DNA from: Candidatus Latescibacterota bacterium
Lineage (GTDB): Bacteria > Latescibacterota > UBA2968 > GCA-2709665
Direction of reading: 5' to 3'
NCBI GenBank assembly: GCA_965219995.1
Contig: CBDCOX010000002.1
Location: 224,001 to 288,000 of the forward strand
Length of the DNA: 64,000 nt
Shown: positions 48,113-57,736 of the stretch, one piece after another
How positions within the stretch are numbered: position 1 is the stretch's first letter
Layout: every line of letters begins with the position of its first letter
Notes under the pieces: model-generated
What the model saw: the letters and a program-made list of their open reading frames with translations, nothing else
Databases searched by the model: none
Told to the model about the DNA's origin: nothing
Position numbers and translations under genes: made by a program

Positions 48113-51100
48113 CTACGATGCGGCGCTCTCGCCGGCTTCCCGCCCGCTGTCCCGGGCGGAAGTCTGCCGCTGCCAGTGACCCGAACCGAAGATCCGGAAT
48201 CGATCCACCCCCGGATGCAGAGCCGAAAATGCGATCTCATCGCCGGCGGACAGGTGATGGGCCGCGTCGAGGCGCAGGGCGAACCGGGTGCGGATACGGG
48301 TTCCATGTTCGTCCAGAATGTCCGCCGCAACCGGGTCGTTCAGAGGTTGGAGGAAGGCCAGGTTTCGGTCCGGTCTCACTTTGAAGACGTTCAGGTTGTC
48401 TTCCCTGCCCTGGATCACCGGGGGCGGCTCCACCCACGCGCGGCCGGTTTCGACCCCGGTGACAAGCAGATAGCCGACGGCAAGGTGGGGAAAGCCTGTC
48501 AGGCGCAGTGTATAGGTGCCTTCAGGATTTCGCATGCAGGATTGAATGGTGTAGGCGGAGGCACGAGCGCGGTGGCGGATGGTGATGGTTTTGTTCGAAA
48601 GGGTGTTGAGGTCCGCGATTGCAGCGTCCGGCTGGATCGTCAGTGACTTCACGACGTCGTCGAATCCGGTGAGCAGGCCTTCGATGGTGAAGGAGGGTTC
48701 GATCCTGCGGCCGCCGGATTCCGCGAATGTCCCGCCGATCATAGCCAGCGTCCGGAGACCCTCGGCATCGAACGACGCAAAGGCGAGTTCGCCGTCGCTG
48801 CGAAGTTCACGCCCGTTACGGGAGATTTTACAGGGTGCGCCGGAGGGGTTGCTCAGAATCAGATCCGTACCCCGGTTGTGCGCCACCTGCAGTCCGGCCG
48901 CCTCGCCGCTTTCACATGCCATGCGGCTGGCCCGTTCGATAAACGGGGTCTTGCGGTAGGGTTCGTGGACGGCCAGAAAGGTGTTCGGGTGGTGACGGTT
49001 GCGTCGGCGAACGGTGACCAGCTTCATCTGCTCGCCGAGGTCGCGGTTGTCCAGCCAGCGCTGCGCGGGACCGGTGCCAACGATGATTTCGGATCCGGGC
49101 GCGTCGAGCATGTGTAATCTGAGAAAGGCTTCCGTGTCGGTTACGGGTGCGCCGTCCGGCCCCGGGTATTCGGTCACGTCGCCCCAGGTTGCCGTCCACG
49201 GCCCGTCGCTGTGACCCGTACTGAGCTGCGCAACGCGCTGTGAACCCCACATGGCGCCCGCCCGGGGGGTGCGTCGGGACGGCTTGAACGTAAAGCCGCT
49301 GTAATCGTAGAGGGATTCCGCCGGGTCGGGCCGGTCCCTGAGATCGACGCCTTCAGTGGAAAAGCGATGCCCGTTGCCGTGGAATGTCCAGTCGTGCAGG
49401 TGGCCGCCGCTGACGCGGAAGAGGTCTACGACGTAGGCGTTTTCGGCGTCGCAGTCGATCAGGGCGACGGTGCGTTGGAACCGGTCGGCCCCGGGCACTT
49501 TTGCGAGCTCGTCGGCGTCCTCCTCGGCGGCATCGATTGCCTTGAATCCGGGCAGATCCACAAAAGACCGAAGGTCTCCGCGGAGGTTGTCCGTACCCAT
49601 CGGGTCGCCGTCCCGCGTACGGATGGCGACGGTATTGTGGGCAGGAAAGGTCTTTATCCAGTCCACCGTCATAAAGTGGGTGGATCCCATGTAGCCGAGG
49701 TCGGTTGCGAGTTCGTGGCCTGCCGCGTAGAGCGTGAGGTTGAGGGGCGCCATGTGGTAGTGCCCGACTCGCTCCGTGTAGTCGAGTGAGAGTGTGCGGG
49801 CACGGTCTCCCTCGCCGCTGCGCAGGATGGCTTTGCGGTTCTGGCCCAACAGGTGTGAAGGAAGGGGCATCGGAAGTTTCAGCGAGACGACGGGATCGCC
49901 CTCGGGATCGATATTCAGGTAGTCCCGGTACCCATCCGGGATGCCGCCGCCATGGGTTTCTGCCAGGGCGAGCTGTTCCAGCGGCATGGCGGCTCTGATG
50001 ACACAGTCTTCCCAGGCGATGGGGCGACCGTCCGGGAAGCCGGTCTTGAGGTACTGCCCGAGACCGTGCCTGAAGACGGGCAGGGAAAGCATGTTGATCC
50101 CGTTGAGTTTCCCGTCGTAATAGGGGGCGGTCCTGTCAAATGCGCCCCGCTGGCCGTGGATCGCCTCCATCACGCCCGAGATTCCCCAACTGGTGTACGA
50201 GGGGGAGCCCTCCTTGCCCAGACCGTCCCCGGTAAAGAAGTTGTGCAGAAAGTAAAATATATCTCTGGCCACGTTTTCGATGATCCGGTCGTCGCCGACG
50301 ATGCGTCCGAGTTGCAGCCTGGGCATCTGGGTAGAGGAGGAAAGGTTGTCGGCGCCTGTGACAAGCGAATAGGGATGGAGGGTGTATTCCAGAATGCCGC
50401 GTTTGAGTTTTCGGCCGCTGGCCGCCAGTTGCAATGAATCGCCTTCGACGGACGTGAGAATGCGCAGCGCCGCGGCTTTCAGGTCGGACTCGGATTCTTC
50501 GAAGGTCCCGGCAATCAGGCTGTAACCGACCAGGAGATCCTCGGCGAGGCTGGCTTTCCAGTTCCACACGCCAGGGTAGATGGAGGCGCCTGTGGTGCCG
50601 TAGCGGTCTCCCGGCGCGTTCAACGGGCGTTCCGGGTCCCCCTCGATATGATCGAACGGGGCGTAAAGGCGATACCCGGGATAGGTTTTCGCGGGCGTGC
50701 CAGGTTCGTAGAAACCGGCCAGACGTCTCCCCAGATTCGCTTCGGATGTTTCCAGGAGTGCGGCAAGATAGGCGTCGCCGAGGAGAGCCCTGGCAAGCGT
50801 TACGAGGATGACGCGGGCCTTGCGGGCGTGTTTGCTTGCCGTGTCGGGATCGGATCTGAGCCTTGCAGCGTGGCTGGCTTCGCCCAGGCGATGGAGTACG
50901 CGGCCGGACAACGCCCGCAGTGAATTCATCCAGCAGAGGGCCTTGAAATAAAAGGCGTTGGTCGGTTCTACGTAGCCGTGGGCCTCGCCGTCCCAGTGGT
51001 CCCAGGGGATGCCGTCGTGCGCCTCGCTCCAGGCTTCGTCGTGGTCCTCGCGCCACACCCGGTCCGTGGGAAAGCATCCGTCTCCGTCGTCAGGGTACCG

Positions 51101-51559
51101 GGGGTTGGGATAGTAGGCATACTCACGGCCATCCGCCCTGCAATAAGGACAGTAGAGGCGCCAGGGATCGTCCAGGGACCAGTCGAAATAGCTGTAGTAC
51201 CGTACCCGAAACGGGTGGATGGGGCAGGCGCAGGTATAGATCCCGCGCGGCTCCCGATGCCAGATGGTATCCAGGTACCATGCATCGGACCTGGCGGACC
51301 ACTCTTCCGCGACGGCGAGAGACTCGTCCGCCCAGGAACAGACGTCTTCGTTGCCGGCTGCGTACCTGCGGCGGATTTCCTCAATGGAATGCGCGCCGAT
51401 CCAGACGTTGGGCCGGTCGGGGAATCCGACCACGCGGTGACCCATGTCTTCGGGCGGCGTCCAGGACGGTTTCACGAATCGTCGATCTCCGATTGGATCC
51501 GGCAGAGCGCCATCGTGGGATTGCGCGGGGCGAGCGGTCGCCAAGCGCCGGCCGGACAC
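48113..51559 (-). CDS. Heparinase II/III-like protein, about 1100 aa
   Basis: DGLGKEGSPSY, GHYH...LNLTLY, DLGY, AHNTVAI, YVVDLFRVSGG...DWTFHG. True start uncertain (51559 or 51445). Confidence 0.65.
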   Translation of the reverse strand: MSGRRLATARPAQSHDGALPDPIGDRRFVKPSWTPPEDMGHRVVGFPDRPNVWIGAHSIEEIRRRYAAGNEDVCSWADESLAVAEEWSARSDAWYLDTIWHREPRGIYTCACPIHPFRVRYYSYFDWSLDDPWRLYCPYCRADGREYAYYPNPRYPDDGDGCFPTDRVWREDHDEAWSEAHDGIPWDHWDGEAHGYVEPTNAFYFKALCWMNSLRALSGRVLHRLGEASHAARLRSDPDTASKHARKARVILVTLARALLGDAYLAALLETSEANLGRRLAGFYEPGTPAKTYPGYRLYAPFDHIEGDPERPLNAPGDRYGTTGASIYPGVWNWKASLAEDLLVGYSLIAGTFEESESDLKAAALRILTSVEGDSLQLAASGRKLKRGILEYTLHPYSLVTGADNLSSSTQMPRLQLGRIVGDDRIIENVARDIFYFLHNFFTGDGLGKEGSPSYTSWGISGVMEAIHGQRGAFDRTAPYYDGKLNGINMLSLPVFRHGLGQYLKTGFPDGRPIAWEDCVIRAAMPLEQLALAETHGGGIPDGYRDYLNIDPEGDPVVSLKLPMPLPSHLLGQNRKAILRSGEGDRARTLSLDYTERVGHYHMAPLNLTLYAAGHELATDLGYMGSTHFMTVDWIKTFPAHNTVAIRTRDGDPMGTDNLRGDLRSFVDLPGFKAIDAAEEDADELAKVPGADRFQRTVALIDCDAENAYVVDLFRVSGGHLHDWTFHGNGHRFSTEGVDLRDRPDPAESLYDYSGFTFKPSRRTPRAGAMWGSQRVAQLSTGHSDGPWTATWGDVTEYPGPDGAPVTDTEAFLRLHMLDAPGSEIIVGTGPAQRWLDNRDLGEQMKLVTVRRRNRHHPNTFLAVHEPYRKTPFIERASRMACESGEAAGLQVAHNRGTDLILSNPSGAPCKISRNGRELRSDGELAFASFDAEGLRTLAMIGGTFAESGGRRIEPSFTIEGLLTGFDDVVKSLTIQPDAAIADLNTLSNKTITIRHRARASAYTIQSCMRNPEGTYTLRLTGFPHLAVGYLLVTGVETGRAWVEPPPVIQGREDNLNVFKVRPDRNLAFLQPLNDPVAADILDEHGTRIRTRFALRLDAAHHLSAGDEIAFSALHPGVDRFRIFGSGHWQRQTSARDSGREAGESAAS

Positions 51560-51566
51560 GTCCGGA

Positions 51567-52856
51567 TCAATCTGTGCGACCCTCGGCGATCTGTGCCAGG
51601 CGTTTGCCGTGATTCGCCACTTTCGCGAAGGCGGCGGCAACCTGGTCCACCCACGCCGGGCTGGGGTCAACCGGCGTTGACAGCCAGAAGCCGGAATCGT
51701 GGATTCTTTCGCTGATCGGCAGGTCTCCGCGGCTGTAAGGGATCCGGGCGTCTGGCGGCAGGTCGCCCCAGGGACCGCCGAGGTCGTCGAAGGGGAAATC
51801 GTTGAAGAGGGGTTCCAGGTGCATCGCACCGTAGCCGAATGGCGTGATGGCCGGGGTGGTCGCCACGCCCTCCGCCACGAGTGCCTTGAGGATTGTGGAA
51901 ACCGGCGCGCCGATTTCCGCCGGATCGATAAGCCCGGTATACAGCAGGAGTCCGCCCCGTACCGCCTGCGTGTAGGTTTTCTGGGGGTGGAAGCCCGGGA
52001 CGGATTCCAGGTGGCTGTCCAGCCGTCCGAACCAGGCTCTCCTTTTTTCGTTCAGTCCCGGCAGCCGTTCGAGCTGGGCGCGGGCCAGGGCGATCCCCAG
52101 AGGGTTCGCGCGGTATTTGACGCCCAGGCCCATGTTGCGGAGGTCCCTGAATCTGTCGGTTACGAACGCGTTCTCGCACCGCCCGTAATGGCCGAGGGCC
52201 AGCATGCGGTCGTAGAGGTCTCCGTCGTCGGTAACGACCACACCCGCTTCGATCCCCGTGACCGGCTTGCTACCCTGCAGACTGAAGCAGCCGATGTGAC
52301 CCAGTGAGCCGACAGGCGTGCCGTTCCAGAGGGCGCCGTGGGCGTGCGATGCGTCTTCGATCAGCGTGATCCCGGTTCCGGCGACGAGGTTCCGGAAAGC
52401 GTCCATCTGGGCGGGGTTGCCGTAGACGTGGGTTACGATGATCGCGCACGTGTTCTCCGAAATTCGACGCTCGGCGTCTCCGGGATCCGCGCAGAAGGTG
52501 TCGGGGTCCGCGTCGCAGAAGACCGGTGTCGCGCCGCAGTGCAGGATGGGCGTGATGCTGGCGTGCCAGGTGACGGAAGGCACAATGACCTCTTTGCCGG
52601 TCCGTGCGCCGGAGGCGAACACCGCCGAATGCAGGGCCGCCGTGCCGTTACAGGTGGCAATGGCGAATCTGGAGCCGGTGAAGGCGCGGAACTCTTCCTG
52701 AAAACGATCAATCTGTGAATAGGATTCACCCAGATTGCCTTCGATTACGCTCAGGACGGTTTGTTTCTCCAGGTCCGTTATGGTCTTCCAGCCATCGCCC
52801 TGGGGCTCGGTAACCGCCGCAGGGCCGCCATCGAGTGCCAGTTCCGATTGAGACAT
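51567..52856 (-). CDS. DegT/DnrJ/EryC1/StrS PLP-dependent aminotransferase
   Basis: LALDGG, NGTAAL, HVYGNP, EDASHAHGA, FSLQGSK (PLP lysine), GLGVKYR. Confidence 0.92.
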   Translation of the reverse strand: MSQSELALDGGPAAVTEPQGDGWKTITDLEKQTVLSVIEGNLGESYSQIDRFQEEFRAFTGSRFAIATCNGTAALHSAVFASGARTGKEVIVPSVTWHASITPILHCGATPVFCDADPDTFCADPGDAERRISENTCAIIVTHVYGNPAQMDAFRNLVAGTGITLIEDASHAHGALWNGTPVGSLGHIGCFSLQGSKPVTGIEAGVVVTDDGDLYDRMLALGHYGRCENAFVTDRFRDLRNMGLGVKYRANPLGIALARAQLERLPGLNEKRRAWFGRLDSHLESVPGFHPQKTYTQAVRGGLLLYTGLIDPAEIGAPVSTILKALVAEGVATTPAITPFGYGAMHLEPLFNDFPFDDLGGPWGDLPPDARIPYSRGDLPISERIHDSGFWLSTPVDPSPAWVDQVAAAFAKVANHGKRLAQIAEGRTD

Positions 52857-53055
52857 ATCCCTTGTTCTCCCGGAAGTTGATCCGTGTGAATCGCCGGCGT
52901 TCCGTTATAGGGGCGCCATGATATGCGGACGGCATTCCGTGCGGAAGAAAGGCCGCCTTCGCCGGGTTCCCGAGACGGCGACGGCTGCCGGCAGAGGTGT
53001 TCCAAAATAGCATGGGCGGTGGAAATTGTCAAAGCGGAAGGCGACCCGTGGAAGC

Positions 53056-53086
53056 TTGACAGTCGTGCCCGCGTGTGTTATATATT
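53056..53086 (+). promoter_or_regulatory. Sigma70 promoter
   Basis: TTGACA-17 bp-TATATA(TT), upstream of an AAGGAGG RBS. Confidence 0.65.
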
Positions 53087-53119
53087 ATCCGAAGCATTCT
53101 TCCAAGGAGGGCCTCTCGG

Positions 53120-53620
53120 ATGATGCGATTCACGATGGTATTGAAGGCGATCACAATCCTGCTGATGGGGTCGGGCGCGGGCCTCGCTTACAACGCCATG
53201 TCCGACTCGGGCATTCCGCTTCGGACGCCCAGAAACGTGACGGCATCGGAACATGTGAACTGGAGCCTTTACCTCGAGGGCGTCCGTGCGAGTCTTGCCG
53301 ACGCGAAAGCGGCGTACGATTCCGGGACCGTTATCTTCCTGGATGCGCGCGTCTCGCGGTCCTATGCAGCCGGCCACATTCCGGGCGCATTGAATCTGAC
53401 GCCTCACGACGTCAGCACGGACGGCAGGAAAAAGCTCGTGGGTATTCCCAGGGATGCGCAAATCATCACGTACTGCGGGGGGGCCAGATGTCAGGCCAGC
53501 GTCAAGCTCGCCCATTTGCTGAAGCAGGGTCTGGGGTTTACGCGCGTACGGGCATTTTTCGATGGATGGGGCGCCTGGATCGACGCCGGTTATCCGGTAA
53601 GAAAAGGAAGTGACCCATGA
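53120..53620 (+). CDS. Rhodanese-like domain protein with N-terminal anchor
   Basis: FLDAR...Y.AGHIPGALN, TYCGGARC, GWGAWIDAGYPV. Confidence 0.87.
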   Translation: MMRFTMVLKAITILLMGSGAGLAYNAMSDSGIPLRTPRNVTASEHVNWSLYLEGVRASLADAKAAYDSGTVIFLDARVSRSYAAGHIPGALNLTPHDVSTDGRKKLVGIPRDAQIITYCGGARCQASVKLAHLLKQGLGFTRVRAFFDGWGAWIDAGYPVRKGSDP

Positions 53621-54075
53621 GGTGGGCCCGGAACGGAATTCCGGTCGTTCTGCGTCTGGTGCTGGGCGGTGTGCTGGTCTGGGCGGGGTTGGCCAAAGTG
53701 TCGGAACCGGCGTTGTTCGCCCTGACCGTGCGGGCGTATAACGTGCTCCCACAGGCGTTCATCAATGGTTTCGCGGTGGTCGTCCCGTGGATGGAAATCG
53801 CCGTCGGCGCGTGCCTGCTGTCGGGATTCTGGTCCCGGAGCGGCGCGCTCGCCGGGCTCGCGTTGCTCGTGTCTTTTGGTATTGCCATCACCATTAACAT
53901 CTACCGTGGCGCAAATCTGGACTGCGGCTGCTTCGGTTTGGACGGCACCCGTGGCTCACTCGAAGCGGCTCTTGTGCAGGATCTCCTGCTGATCGGATGT
54001 TCGCTGATATTGTTGTTTGTGCGCAAGATGCCGGTTTCGCTGGACAGGTTGCTTTTCGAAAACGCCGATCTGTAG
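53617..54075 (+). CDS. MauE/DoxX family redox-associated membrane protein
   Basis: RLVLGGV...K, PWME, DCGCFG; ATGA overlap with the rhodanese gene. Confidence 0.87.
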   Translation: MRWARNGIPVVLRLVLGGVLVWAGLAKVSEPALFALTVRAYNVLPQAFINGFAVVVPWMEIAVGACLLSGFWSRSGALAGLALLVSFGIAITINIYRGANLDCGCFGLDGTRGSLEAALVQDLLLIGCSLILLFVRKMPVSLDRLLFENADL

Positions 54076-54201
54076 CCTGGGCGGCGTGTAACAAAGAACG
54101 TGTCGTCTGATTTGGCGTTATCAGGAGCGGCGCCGTTTTGCTACGGTTCCGCCTTTCTGCTTTACGGCGGAAAAAAGCGACCCATTCCGGGGGGTTGACG
54201 C

Positions 54202-57200
54202 ATGAAATACGTGTCCATCGCGCTAATCCTGATCGGTCTGTCCGCGGGGTGTGAAACGTACGTGCCGGAACCGGGAAGCGAGGCCTACCGCAGTGCGGTC
54301 GCCGACTTCTATACCGGACTTGCCGCCCTCGACGTTGGCGCCCGGGACCGGGCGGCCGCAGCGCTGGCGCGCATGACGGAAAACGTGCCTGGTGAACCCG
54401 CGGGATGGGCGAACCTGGCCCTGCTGCAGTTTTCCATGGGGCGGGAAGAAGAAGCGATCAGGTCGATGGAGCGCGCGCAGGGACTCTCTCCCGAAAGCGG
54501 GGAACTTGCTTTCCTGATGGGGGCATTCGAGAGCCGCCGCGGCCGGACGGACGAGGCGGTTTTTCACCTTCGGCGGGCAACGAACCTGGCCGGCCCGTCC
54601 CATCTCAAAGCGGGCTACGCGCTGGCGCGTGAGCTGGAAAGGAAAGGAGACACGCGAGAGGCGCTCGCCGTGGTGGAAGGGATGCTCGGCAAGGCGCCGC
54701 GGAATCTCGCCCTCCTGCTGGAGCGGATCAGGCTGGCCGCGAAGGCGCAGGATGCGGATGGGCTGAGGGTTTCGATTGCAGGGATCGCCGGGCGTACCGG
54801 CGCGTGGCCGGAAACGGCGAAGGATCAGGCGCGTGCGCTCGCAAATGCAAAGACGGACTTCCGGCTCGCGGCGCGGCATGCTGCATTTCTGCACAATGCG
54901 CTGCTGCGGACGCCTTCCTTCCGCAGCGACCTGAGTCGGCTGCGTATTCCGTCACAGGCGGTGGGCGAGCCACTGCGACGGTTCCTGAAGATGCAGAGTC
55001 CTCAGGCCGATTCCGCGCCCGCGGATACAGCGCTTGCTTTTTTTCCGAAAACACTCGATGAAGCCGCCGGTCTCACGATGCTCGGCCTCGCGTGGGAGGA
55101 TACCCCGGTGGCGCTGTCCGCAACGGAGGAAGCCGTCCGGTGGCTGGATTCGTCCGGCCGGGCCGTCCCGTCTCCCGCCTCCAGGCCATTGGGTGCCAAC
55201 GGTTTGCTGTCGGTCGACTGGAACAACGATTTCAGGCTGGATCTGGTGGCGGCGGGGGAGGGCGGCGTTCGTCTGTATCGACGGGAAGAGGACGGATCGC
55301 CCGCCGACGTCACGGATCTGATCGGCGTGGGCCGGAGCGTTACCGACAGTGGGTATCACGGCGTCTGGGCTGCAGACATTGAGATGGACGGGGACCTCGA
55401 CCTCGTCCTCGGGGGACGGGATGTCTGCCCGGTATTGCGAAACAACGGTGACGGCACGTTCGGACTCGCGCATCCGTTTACGGACGCGGACGGCGCGCGG
55501 GCGTTCGAATGGACGGACCTCGATGGCGACGGCGTACCGGATGCGGCGCTGGTGGACAACCGGGGTCGATTGGTTGTGTATCTCAACGAGCGAAGCGGTT
55601 TGTTCGAGCGTACGTACAAGAGTGATGACGAAGTTCGCGCGCTCGCGTCCGGCGACGTGGACGGCGATGGAAGTCAGGATCTGGTGGTCCTTTTCGGGGA
55701 CGGGCGTGTCGTTGCGATTTCGCACGAAGACGGGCGATGGGTGAACAGCGAACTGGTCGATACCGGGGAATACGACGCGCCGGTCCGCCTGTTCCTGGCC
55801 GACTTGGACAATAACGGCCAGCTCGATCTGGTTGTCGGCGGCGACGTCCGGGGTGGGTACTGGCTGGGAGATTCCGCAGGGTCCTGGCGTCACAACGCCC
55901 TGCCGAAGGGGTTTCGAGTCTTCGAGATAACGGACATGACCCGGGACGGACGCCTGGATCTGCTTGGACTCTCTGACGCCGGTCGACCGATGATTCTCGT
56001 GAACCGTGGAAAACGCGACTACCACTGGCAGGTCGTCCGGCCGCGGGTGCGGGAGGTCCGTGGGGACGGAAGGATCAATTCGTTCGCGCTGGGCGGGGAG
56101 GTGCTGGTGCGGTCCGGGCTTCTGGCGCAGCGCCGGGCGATCAGGACGCCCGCGGTACATTTCGGTCTGGGCGAATACGACCTGGCGAACGTGGTGCGTG
56201 TGCAGTGGCCGAACGGAACGATACAGGCGGAGTTCGACGTCGCGGCCGATCAGACGGTTCTCGCCCGGCAGCGCCTGAAAGGGTCGTGCCCATGGGTGTT
56301 CGCGTTCAATGGCGAAGAAGTGGCCTTCATAAAAGACTTTCTGTGGCGGTCCCCGCTGGGGATGAGGATCAATGCGCAGGTGACGGCCGGTGTGTCTCAA
56401 ACGGAGGATTGGATCCTGATCCGCGGCGATGAGCTCGCGTCCCGGGACGGATATTACGACATTCGCATCACGTCCGAATTGTGGGAGACGCAGTTCGTGG
56501 ACTGGGTGGAACTGATGGTGGTGGACCACCCCGCGGACGTGGCCGCATTCGTGGACGAACGGTTTGCCATGCGGCAGCCGGAACTCAGGGTGATTCCAAC
56601 GGGAACGCCCGTCACGGTCCGTGCGGCGCGGGACGAAAAGGGGCGGGACGTGACGGATCGGGTCGCGGCGAGAGACGGCCGCTATCTCGATACGTTCGAT
56701 GTCGGGCGATACCAGGGCGTGGCCGCGGACCACTGGGTTGAAGTGGACCTGCCGCGGGCGGCCGGGAACGGCGGCGGATGGTTGATCGGATACGGATGGA
56801 TCTATCCCACCGACAGTTCGATCAACGTCGCGATGGGTCATGGCGCGCATGCGAGACCCCGGGGGCTCCGTCTGGAGGCGCAGCGGAACGATGGAACCTG
56901 GGAAACCGCGGTCCCGGACCTGGGGTTCCCCGCCGGTAAGTTCAAGACGATTACGATCGATCTGTCGGGTGTGACGTCCCCCCGGTTGCGCCTTCGGACA
57001 AATCTGGAGATCTACTGGGACTGGCTGGCGTGGGCGGAAACCGCAAACGACGCGCTGCTGCGGACACGCCGGGTGTCGTCTCAGACTGCCGTATTGAGGG
57101 GCCGAGGGTTCTCGGAGGTCTCGCAACCGGATCGCCGTTCACCCGACGTTCCTCTGTACACTTCCCCCGTAAACCCCACGCCCCTTTGGTGGGACCTGAA

Positions 57201-57558
57201 GGGATATCACACCCGTTTCGGAGACGTGCGTCCGCTGTTGGCCGAGGTTGACGACCGATATGTAATCATGAACGCCGGAGACGAGCTTGTCTTCCGTTTT
57301 CCCGATCCGGGTCCGCCGCCCCCGGGGTGGGTGAGGGATTTCGTGCTGATGGGCGACGGCTGGGTTAAGGACGGGGACTACAACACGGCATTCTCCGAAA
57401 CCGTACTGCCGCTGCCGTCACACGCCCGGTCTACGTATGACACTCCGCCGGGGCTGCTGGAAGATGACCCGGTCTACCGCCGCAATCCGGCAGATTGGCA
57501 GGAATTCCACACCCGGTACGTCGCACCGGAAATTTCCCGGATGCACGCCGGAAGATAG
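54202..57558 (+). CDS. Lipoprotein with TPR, FG-GAP repeats and ASPIC/UnbV domain
   Basis: Lipobox SAGC; TPR-like helices; DWNNDFRLDL, DMDGDLDL and DLDGDG repeats; HFGLG, WPNG, GSCP. Confidence 0.85.
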   Translation: MKYVSIALILIGLSAGCETYVPEPGSEAYRSAVADFYTGLAALDVGARDRAAAALARMTENVPGEPAGWANLALLQFSMGREEEAIRSMERAQGLSPESGELAFLMGAFESRRGRTDEAVFHLRRATNLAGPSHLKAGYALARELERKGDTREALAVVEGMLGKAPRNLALLLERIRLAAKAQDADGLRVSIAGIAGRTGAWPETAKDQARALANAKTDFRLAARHAAFLHNALLRTPSFRSDLSRLRIPSQAVGEPLRRFLKMQSPQADSAPADTALAFFPKTLDEAAGLTMLGLAWEDTPVALSATEEAVRWLDSSGRAVPSPASRPLGANGLLSVDWNNDFRLDLVAAGEGGVRLYRREEDGSPADVTDLIGVGRSVTDSGYHGVWAADIEMDGDLDLVLGGRDVCPVLRNNGDGTFGLAHPFTDADGARAFEWTDLDGDGVPDAALVDNRGRLVVYLNERSGLFERTYKSDDEVRALASGDVDGDGSQDLVVLFGDGRVVAISHEDGRWVNSELVDTGEYDAPVRLFLADLDNNGQLDLVVGGDVRGGYWLGDSAGSWRHNALPKGFRVFEITDMTRDGRLDLLGLSDAGRPMILVNRGKRDYHWQVVRPRVREVRGDGRINSFALGGEVLVRSGLLAQRRAIRTPAVHFGLGEYDLANVVRVQWPNGTIQAEFDVAADQTVLARQRLKGSCPWVFAFNGEEVAFIKDFLWRSPLGMRINAQVTAGVSQTEDWILIRGDELASRDGYYDIRITSELWETQFVDWVELMVVDHPADVAAFVDERFAMRQPELRVIPTGTPVTVRAARDEKGRDVTDRVAARDGRYLDTFDVGRYQGVAADHWVEVDLPRAAGNGGGWLIGYGWIYPTDSSINVAMGHGAHARPRGLRLEAQRNDGTWETAVPDLGFPAGKFKTITIDLSGVTSPRLRLRTNLEIYWDWLAWAETANDALLRTRRVSSQTAVLRGRGFSEVSQPDRRSPDVPLYTSPVNPTPLWWDLKGYHTRFGDVRPLLAEVDDRYVIMNAGDELVFRFPDPGPPPPGWVRDFVLMGDGWVKDGDYNTAFSETVLPLPSHARSTYDTPPGLLEDDPVYRRNPADWQEFHTRYVAPEISRMHAGR

Positions 57559-57736
57559 CAGTCCGTTGAAAAGGTCGCTCTGCAGGCGAGGCCGAGTCAT
57601 TGTGGCCGAAGACAAGGCGCGCGACCGACGCGAATCCCTGGATTCAGGGAGGGAGCGCAACGCCGTCATTCGGTCACAAGGGCCGGACGCAGCCCGGATG
57701 GACTTTATCAACGGGCTGATAGGCAAGGAGTGTCGT

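Noticed and set aside
51560-51829. N-terminal extension of the 1238-aa ORF overlapping degT
   Set aside because: It overlaps the degT 3' end in another frame; a later start is more plausible.
53120-54075. MauE as evidence of a methylamine dehydrogenase (mau) cluster
   Set aside because: No mauA, mauB, mauD or mauG nearby; the rhodanese-MauE/DoxX pair is a common independent module.
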